A DNA stretch of 61,111 nt from Deltaproteobacteria bacterium (GTDB lineage Bacteria; Desulfobacterota; Syntrophobacteria; BM002). Positions 57,465 through 61,111 of this stretch are shown piece after piece. The DNA lies in assembly GCA_022340745.1 (NCBI GenBank), contig JAJDNL010000019.1, forward strand, positions 1-61,111, given 5' to 3'. The notes under the pieces were generated by a model that ran no database searches, had not been told where the DNA came from, and saw only the letters and a list, made by a program, of their open reading frames with translations. How positions within the stretch are numbered: position 1 is the first letter of the stretch; each line of letters starts with the position of its first letter. The translations under genes were made by a program, and so were the position numbers.

Positions 57465-60119
57465 CTATACCTCGCCACTGAGCTTTGTCAGTTTTTCAAG
57501 TTGCGCCTGGAGCTTCTCCAGTTTGCCGCGCAATCTCTCCAGTTTTTCCTTTTCTTTGGCGACAATGTCTGCAGGGGCCTGCGTGAGAAATGCATCGTTG
57601 GTCAGTTTCTTCCGGGTCCTGGCCAGTTCAGGCTCCAGCTTGCCGATTTCCTTCTGCAAGCGCCGATTTTCTTCCTTGAAGTCAAGGACACCCTCGAGTG
57701 GCACGAACAACTCAAGCTCTCGCACCACAGCCGAAGCCGCCACCCGAGGTCGCTCCCCGTCCTGAACCACCTCCAGCGATGACAGCCTGGCCAGATCTTC
57801 TATGTAATGGCTATAAGTCTTGACAATACTGGTGAGGCTATTTGGGCCAAAAACCACGGTGTCCACCTGGGCAGCCGGAGCAACATTCATCTCTCCCCTA
57901 ATGTTTCTGATGGCCGTGGTCACATCCATCATAACTGCCATCTGCTCTTCCCCCGGACGGTCCACCAAAGATTCATCTCGTCTGGGAAACTCTGCCACCA
58001 TAATGCTGCCTTCATGATCTGGTAGATGCTGCCATAATTCCTCGGTAACATAAGGCATAAAGGGATGGAGCAGCCGAAGAACGGAAGAAAGCCCATGAAG
58101 GAGAAACTGTTGGGTTTCTTTGCGATCCGTCTCGTCGTCACCGTAAAGGACTGGTTTGATCATTTCAAGGTACCAGTCGCAGAACTCGTGCCAAGTGAAC
58201 TGATAGAGCACACTGGCAGCCTCATTGAAATGATAAGAATTCAGCGCCTCGTCTACCTGGCGGACAATTTCCTGCAAACGACTCAGCATCCAGCGATCTG
58301 CCAACCTTTTGGGCTCGGGTAACACCCCGGCGGCTTCCACCCCCTCGAGATTCATGAGAGTAAAACGGCTGGCATTCCAGATCTTATTGACAAAATGCCT
58401 GTAACCTTCGATTCGCTCTTCAGAAAGACGAACGTCTCTTCCCTGTGCTGCGAATGCTGCCAAAGTAAACCGAAAAGCATCTGTACCATAACGGTCCATG
58501 ATCACCAGAGGGTCGATAACATTTCCCTTAGACTTGCTCATCTTCTGGCCCTCGGCATCTCTGACAAGAGCGTGAATGTAGACGTCATGGAATGGCACGT
58601 CTTTCATGAAATGCAAGCCCATCATCATCATTCGTGCCACCCAGAAAAAAAGAATATCGAAACCGGTAACCAGAACAGAAGTGGGGTAAAAGATCTCAAG
58701 TTCTGGTGTCTTCTCAGGCCATCCCATGGTGGAGAATGGCCAGAGGGCGGAACTGAACCAGGTATCCAATACGTCGCTCTCTTGGTTCAGGTTGTTGCTG
58801 CTACAGCGATTGCACTGTTTCGGCTCCTCCATGGCAACGATGACTTCATCGCAATCTTGACAGTACCATGCGGGAATACGGTGTCCCCACCAGATCTGTC
58901 GTGAAATGCACCAATCTTCTATGTTTTCTAGCCAGTCGAAGTAGTTCTTCTCCCACATCTCTGGGATTATACGGGTTCTTCCTTCCCGCACCGCTGCCAT
59001 GGAAACTTCGGCCATCTGTTTCACCGCCACAAACCATTGCTTGGAGAGTGTGGGCTCGATGATGGTCTTACAGCGGTAGCAGTGTCCCACTCTATGCTGG
59101 TAGTCCTCAACTTTTACGAGCAAGCCCTGCCCTTGGAGGTCTTCAACTATCTGCTGACGACAACTATCACGGTCCATGCCAGAGTATGGACCAGCCTCTT
59201 CGTTCATCACGCCTTCATCGTCCATCACCCTGATCACTGGCAACCCGTGCCTTTGGCCAATTTCAAAGTCGTGTGGATCGTGGGCTGGGGTTACTTTCAG
59301 CGTGCCAGTGCCGAACTCCCGGTCCACGTATTCATCTGCAATCACCGGCAACTCGCGGTTTAGCAGAGGGAGTAAGACTTTTTTCCCAATGAAATCACGG
59401 TAACGCTCATCTTCAGGGTGTACCGCCACACCGGTGTCTCCAAGCATAGTTTCCGGTCGGGTAGTGGCCACGACCAGACCGTCAGTTCCATCAGGGGCAG
59501 GATAGTGCAGGTGGTAAAGCCGCCCCTCCCTCTCTTCCGCCTCCACCTCCAGATTAGCCAGTGCTGTGACGCATCGCGGGCACCAATTGATAATACGCTG
59601 GCCTCGGTAGATCATGCCCTCATGATAGAGGGAAACGAAAACGCGCCTCACGGCTTCAGAAAGACCTTCGTCCATGGTGAAGCGCTCTCGACTCCAATCG
59701 CAACTTGCACCTAACCTCTTGAGTTGATTGATTATTTTTCCACCGTAAAGTTCGCGCCACTCCCAAACCCTCTTGATGAACTTTTCCCTTCCTAGCTGGT
59801 GCCTGTCCAAGCCTTCTTCTGCAAGCTGACGTTCGACCACATTCTGGGTGGCGATGCCAGCGTGGTCGGTGCCAGGCATCCAGAGCACATTTTCTCCATA
59901 CATGCGCTTGTATCGGCAGAGGATGTCCTGCAGGGTATTGTTGAGGGCATGCCCCATGTGCAGATCACCGGTAACATTCGGTGGAGGGATCACGATGGAA
60001 TAGGCTGGATTGCTGCTGTTTTCGTCAGCTCGAAATAAATTCTGCTTTTCCCAAAATTGATACCACTTTTCCTCTGCAGCTTCTGGTTCGTAGGCTTTGG
60101 GAAGCACTGAGTTCTTCAT
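57465..60119 (-). CDS. valS: Valine--tRNA ligase
   Basis: PPPNVTGDLHMGH, WCISRQIWWGHRIP, KMSKS, C-terminal coiled coil; ATG at 60119. Confidence 0.98.
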   Translation of the reverse strand: MKNSVLPKAYEPEAAEEKWYQFWEKQNLFRADENSSNPAYSIVIPPPNVTGDLHMGHALNNTLQDILCRYKRMYGENVLWMPGTDHAGIATQNVVERQLAEEGLDRHQLGREKFIKRVWEWRELYGGKIINQLKRLGASCDWSRERFTMDEGLSEAVRRVFVSLYHEGMIYRGQRIINWCPRCVTALANLEVEAEEREGRLYHLHYPAPDGTDGLVVATTRPETMLGDTGVAVHPEDERYRDFIGKKVLLPLLNRELPVIADEYVDREFGTGTLKVTPAHDPHDFEIGQRHGLPVIRVMDDEGVMNEEAGPYSGMDRDSCRQQIVEDLQGQGLLVKVEDYQHRVGHCYRCKTIIEPTLSKQWFVAVKQMAEVSMAAVREGRTRIIPEMWEKNYFDWLENIEDWCISRQIWWGHRIPAWYCQDCDEVIVAMEEPKQCNRCSSNNLNQESDVLDTWFSSALWPFSTMGWPEKTPELEIFYPTSVLVTGFDILFFWVARMMMMGLHFMKDVPFHDVYIHALVRDAEGQKMSKSKGNVIDPLVIMDRYGTDAFRFTLAAFAAQGRDVRLSEERIEGYRHFVNKIWNASRFTLMNLEGVEAAGVLPEPKRLADRWMLSRLQEIVRQVDEALNSYHFNEAASVLYQFTWHEFCDWYLEMIKPVLYGDDETDRKETQQFLLHGLSSVLRLLHPFMPYVTEELWQHLPDHEGSIMVAEFPRRDESLVDRPGEEQMAVMMDVTTAIRNIRGEMNVAPAAQVDTVVFGPNSLTSIVKTYSHYIEDLARLSSLEVVQDGERPRVAASAVVRELELFVPLEGVLDFKEENRRLQKEIGKLEPELARTRKKLTNDAFLTQAPADIVAKEKEKLERLRGKLEKLQAQLEKLTKLSGEV

Positions 60120-60237
60120 TTCCTTCTTCCTTCTCCGTTGTCCGCAATCAGTCGATGAACACCGCACTATCTTTTACCACGGACAACTGACTACGGACAA
60201 CTGTCAGGAGTTTCCCTAAAATGCCATTTGCGATCTT

Positions 60238-60576
60238 GGCAAAGGGGAAGTCTACTCCACTCCGAGCAGTTCACGCCATTTTATGGCAGTGTTCCCTTGC
60301 ACATAGCACCACATCTTCATGCATGGACTAGCGAGGCTGAGATAGCACAATACAGGTTGCTCAGATGCTCGTTGTTTCGCAGCCTACCCCTTTGCCTTTG
60401 CTGGTGTCTCTTCTGAGTGACTGCGGAAGGTCTGTGCCACTTCCCCGGCTGCGTCTGGGGGAGCCCCTGGCCCCGTTCTGCAGGAACGGGGAACAGGGAG
60501 GGGGTGCCTTCCCCCGGGCACGGCCTGGTGTGAAGTGACCAGACCGTGAGCCTTGGAACGACAGAAGAGACACCAG
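60238..60576 (-). ncRNA. Candidate two-domain structured RNA upstream of valS (family not recognised)
   Basis: Closing stems of 15 bp (60401-60415/60562-60576) and 10 bp (60238-60247/60387-60396), each enclosing several hairpins; CATAAT -10 on the minus strand at 60588-60583. Confidence 0.55.
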
Positions 60577-60681
60577 ATAAGCATTATGATTCCAAAATCA
60601 GGGCAAGTTACCTCGTGATCTCAGTTGACAAACATCAGTGGTCAATTATGGGGGCAACTCCTGACAACCGACGTTTGAGGC

Positions 60682-60717
60682 AAAAGAAAAATGGGGATTA
60701 TCCAGATAACCCCCATT
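60682..60717 (-). terminator. Intrinsic terminator of the upstream minus-strand gene
   Basis: Minus strand AATGGGGGTTATC-TG-GATAATCCCCATT followed by TTTCTTTT. Confidence 0.7.
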
Positions 60718-60760
60718 CATAACCCGCCAATAATCGCGGGAGGTAATCATTTTGAGGTAA

Positions 60761-61111
60761 TCATTTTTCTGATTCTAGAGCACCCTTGATTCTTTCAATC
60801 TCCTGGGAGATGGCGTCCTGTACCATGGAGGGCAAGCGTTCGTCCACCAGACGGGTTACCACGGCCTCCACCTGAGCACTGACGAGCGCTGCTAACTCTT
60901 CGGCTGTATCCGCTGGCAGTTCCCCCACCGAATCCTCCTCGCCTATATCCTTTGTCTCCGCTTCAACGTCTGCACCGATATCTTCGGTGACCTCTTCCTC
61001 GGCAACCATGGCTGACACCCCTTGAACGGCTTGTTCACTCACATCCCCTGATTCTGCCTCAGGATCGGCAAAAAGATCCTCGGATAGATCATCCTCTGAA
61101 TCAGGGCTGAC
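60761..61111 (-). CDS. C-terminal part of an acidic-linker protein (possibly RomR-like); 5' end outside the window
   Basis: Frame is open to the window edge (VSPDSEDDLSEDLF...); ends in an amphipathic helix VEAVVTRLVDERLP..ISQEIERIK. Confidence 0.7.
   Translation of the reverse strand, partial: VSPDSEDDLSEDLFADPEAESGDVSEQAVQGVSAMVAEEEVTEDIGADVEAETKDIGEEDSVGELPADTAEELAALVSAQVEAVVTRLVDERLPSMVQDAISQEIERIKGALESEK

Noticed and set aside
60425-60450. T-box or cobalamin riboswitch call for the valS leader
   Set aside because: The minus-strand AAGTGGCACAGACC fits neither GGTGGNACCGCG nor the B12 box, and there is no terminator/antiterminator before valS.

Overview
A 61-kb, roughly 50% GC bacterial chromosomal segment. 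The gene content (mglBA, DUF4388, the miaB-DUF151-PHP cluster, tRNA-Val-thrS-infC-rpmI-rplT-pheST-merR, valS-nadC) points to a Deltaproteobacterium (Desulfobacterota-like); this is inference. The first ~9 kb is a run of small, unrelated, co-oriented accessory genes with one intact and two decayed integron attC sites, and no integrase lies in the window (CALIN-like). The rest is mostly housekeeping (hsp20-lon, trmO, miaB, recJ, translation genes, miaA-mutL, orphan mreB, amino-acid ABC transporter, panC, divIVA, proC, nadC, valS). It also holds a signalling island: mglB-mglA, an acidic-repeat/CheW-like protein, a TPR-pseudokinase and a DUF4388-MshEN protein. The most striking signal is non-coding. 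Most sizeable intergenic spacers contain (i) nested fold-back arrays of degenerate 7-8-mer tandem repeats from at least ten unit families, some copied as identical blocks; (ii) six copies of an IS200/IS605-like miniature element whose hairpin tips carry swappable palindromes and variable-number tandem repeats; and (iii) three copies of a TIR-bounded MITE with covarying secondary structure, one of which hosts a precisely inserted copy of element (ii). A large structured RNA candidate that I cannot assign to a family lies upstream of valS, and infC appears to start at AUA. All family assignments are by motif recognition only; no database searches were run.
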